A stretch of DNA of 63,568 nt, counting the filler, from Bigelowiella natans CCMP2755 (lineage: Eukaryota; Protista; Cercozoa), in NCBI GenBank assembly GCA_000320545.1. It is 13 parts of 13 records of this genome, joined end to end, with 100 filler letters (N's around TTAATTAATTAA, not from the genome) between each part and the next. Parts side by side here need not be neighbours in the genome. Positions count along the whole stretch, not along the records: positions 58,836 to 62,166 come from ADNK01003111.1; positions 62,267 to 63,568 come from ADNK01002512.1; 11 more parts are not named here. One strand, given 5' to 3'. Each line of letters starts with the position of its first letter. Within the stretch, counting starts at the first letter, position 1. Below, in pieces: positions 60,601 to 63,568 of the stretch. A program made the translations under genes and the position numbers. Under the pieces are notes generated by a model, which saw only the letters and a program-made list of their open reading frames with translations, had not been told where the DNA came from and did not search any database.

Positions 60601-61600
60601 TGAAATGAAGCGGGAAATGGATGCCATTTTTATCACTGCGACATGCTAAAAACCTTGTCGCACTCAGTGCGAAAGGATGGTGTTTTCTATCCGAAACCAC
60701 ACCACCCGAGCTCCCTTCCTTTTCAGCCTCCTTGGGAGATGTCCTGCGAGCATTCACATAAGGGGGAGGGGGTTGAGAAACCATCCTCGCCCCCAAAAAG
60801 CGAAGGGAAATGCATCGAGTTCAATAGAAAGATACATATAGGGTATGCAGTCTTTGTGGGGAACGTGGGGCGGGGGGGGAGGGGGGGCAAAACGAAATTC
60901 GGGCGCTCACAACACATCATTATAACGCAGATATTTCTTAATGCATCTGAAGATGCTCCCAGAAGACTACGAGGGCTTCGACACGAAGAGAATGATGATA
61001 CTGTACGTAATGTCTTCTAAGCCTTGTTTTGATGTTCATCGTGGGCCCGTTGAGATTGAGAACGTGACTGTAATTGCTCGTTTCTAGGTATCTTGCCCTA
61101 TCTGGGTTAGATGTCCTCGGGGTAAACATCCGTTTCAACCTCTTCCTCTAAACATTTTCTCAATTTTTGCTTCACTAAGATGCCTCCTACCCCCCCTCTC
61201 CCCCCCTTGCCTAGGCCTTGGACAAGCATATCAATAAGAAAATGAGGGAGCGCACGATTAAATGGATCTATGCGATGCAGAAGGTTGGTTATTACCTTGC
61301 CTATCATTAACCAATACTTTGTCTCGAACCAAGTACTCTTGCCTTCCCCCCATCCCCGGACATTTCTCTTTGATGCTACGTGCACTATCGATCATGGGGG
61401 AGGTAGGTTTCAATTTTCACTCTGATTCCCTCCCCCCCCTCCTTCTCCCTTCTTCTCGATATTTTTGTTGAACTAATCAATAGACACCTCCCACTGCCCC
61501 CAGCGAAGGGAAAAATCAGAGCAACACCTCGAAAATTCAGTCGAAAGAACAAGGCCATTATGGATTTCGGGTGTGTTTCGGGGGTAGGGTGGGGCATGTG

Positions 61601-61631
<31 letters not shown>

Positions 61632-61632
61632 T

Positions 61633-61675
<43 letters not shown>

Positions 61676-61966
61676 ATATATATGTATATGTATAATGTGT
61701 TTACTAGAAAACTATCGAAGCAGCCAGTAAGAGAGAAAGTCTGAGTAGTTGAACGATGGTGATGATGATGATGATGATGATGATAATGATGATGATAATG
61801 GTGATAATAGGGGGGGTCCAGCTACGGAGGCTCTTTTGATATAACTAACAGAAAGGTGACAATAATAATCCTTTGGAAGGAAAGAAATGCATGCATTTTC
61901 CCCCCTCTCTACTTTTAACATCTCACTATTGAATTGTAACAATCCTCCATGGTTTTGGATTTGCAC
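60542..61966 (-). CDS. Hypothetical (possibly membrane) protein, 3' exons
   Basis: Exon-like pieces IMALFFRLNFRGVALIFPFAGG and KVITNLLHRIDPFNRALPHFLIDMLVQGL. No recognised family. Confidence 0.3.
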
Positions 61967-62509
61967 TTATTTCCCATATACACACACATGCTTTCTCTGA
62001 TGTCCCCCCCCCCCCTTTTCCCTATCCTCATCATGACATCGGTTCGCCTCTGTCGTCCATCTGCTACGACCGTAGGATAGGGAGGGCATTCCAAAGGATG
62101 AAGCACACATTGCTATGACTTACAGCGCATTGTAATGGATTAAAGTTAAAAGGGGGGGGGGGGGATNNNNNNNNNNNNNNNNNNNNNNNNNNNNNNNNNN
62201 NNNNNNNNNNTTAATTAATTAANNNNNNNNNNNNNNNNNNNNNNNNNNNNNNNNNNNNNNNNNNNNGGTAATGACCCGTCTCAGCAGCAACGTCAGTGAC
62301 CGAAACTCAAGGACGTTCAGCTGGAAGCAGTAGCTAGCATCGTGTTTATACGAAGAGAGAATTCTCGTGAACGAGACGTTCCCATAAGGAGTGCATCATA
62401 GACTTGCCCCCCCCCTCCCCCACTTCCTCTTCCCTATCTCCCACCAGTTGTCACCAAAGAAATTTCTTAGGATGGCTTCAACTCACTCCTCTCTATATAA
62501 ATTACTAAT

Positions 62510-62540
<31 letters not shown>

Positions 62541-63326
62541 GGGTAAGATTTGTTTCACATATATATCCCAATTTACATTTAAAAAAGGGGATTTACCTAT
62601 ATTCATGTGGGTATTTGTTATGCAGGGAAACAACGCGCGGGAATAACAAACAGGAGGAAGGTCCCCGGGAAGATTGTATTTTTGCTGTTTGTATATGCTG
62701 TTTGTATATGTGACGTGTGGAGTATCAATCATCCTCCCAACACGCCGCCGCAGCAGCAGCAGCCCTTTCTTCAAGATGTCGTACATCGAGGATCTTCGTC
62801 CGGCAATTTGCTACACAGAAGGAAAGGGGGGGGGGGGGGGGTCATAACGAATTTTGAATTTTAAAGTAGTAGCACTTGCAAGCAAATTACTTCAGCATAC
62901 ACTCTGCTTTTGAGGGGAGCAGGGCATACAATCTTATTCTTTAGCTTTCACTACATCTCCCCTCCCTCCCCCCTTCATCCCTACCTTTGCTGACAGGGAC
63001 ACGGATACCCAGGGGAGGTGGGAATGTAGCAGCTGTGCGATTATTGAGAGTGGTGCGAGGGGAGAGGAAAGAGAGAGACGATTAGACATATGTGTGTGTG
63101 TGTAATATATATATATATATACATTAATCCATATCTACATTCAATATTTATTTATATTTGGGTGGTATCATAAGCTTGAAGATGTGGTGATAGCGTATTG
63201 GGAGAATAGAGTGTGAAAGGGGGAGGGGGGGAGAGGTTGAATTTACCATCCACAAGCCTCACAATGAATGCAGCGGTCGTCGACACACTTCCGACATTTT
63301 GGACAATGCTTGCGAAATCTGAATGA

Positions 63327-63366
<40 letters not shown>

Positions 63367-63418
63367 GTGTGCGTGTGTGTGTGTGCGTGTGTTTTGTGCG
63401 TGTTTTGTGCGTGTTTTG

Positions 63419-63459
<41 letters not shown>

Positions 63460-63568
63460 GTATGTATTTGGGCGTGAGCGTCAGCTCTCTACCGACCCAA
63501 TATCATCCGAGAATAGCATCTTAGAGCAAAACGAGTACGAGTAGAGGATCCACAGCCTCTCTCATCAA

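Overview
This window is eukaryotic nuclear DNA made of 13 contigs joined by artificial 100-nt linkers (N44-TTAATTAATTAA-N44), so adjacency across linkers is not biological. Genes are intron-rich with many microsatellites. Recognisable genes or fragments: a rearranged Ty3/Gypsy element (PR-RT on +, integrase on -), a BEACH/neurobeachin-like gene, an ankyrin-repeat gene, a K-channel-like pore fragment, importin-11, a WASP-like gene, an HBS1/eRF3 C-terminus, bifunctional PurK-PurE (ADE2-type), ferredoxin-thioredoxin reductase variable subunit with a bipartite leader, a retropepsin-like protease and BBS4. A secondary-plastid leader together with WASP and the BBSome suggests a chlorarachniophyte-like alga (inference only). 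The main unexplained signal is a set of 0.6-1.2 kb intergenic islands lying just downstream of gene 3' ends. They carry many 8-bp micro-insertions of the form X4-CTAG-X4 (18 perfect cases found by eye) and show loss of TpA to CpA/TpG. An inverted copy of the ADE2 last exon inside one island gives a before/after alignment showing both events. This suggests a localized mutagenic or footprinting process that I do not recognise. All exon boundaries and counts were read by eye and are approximate.
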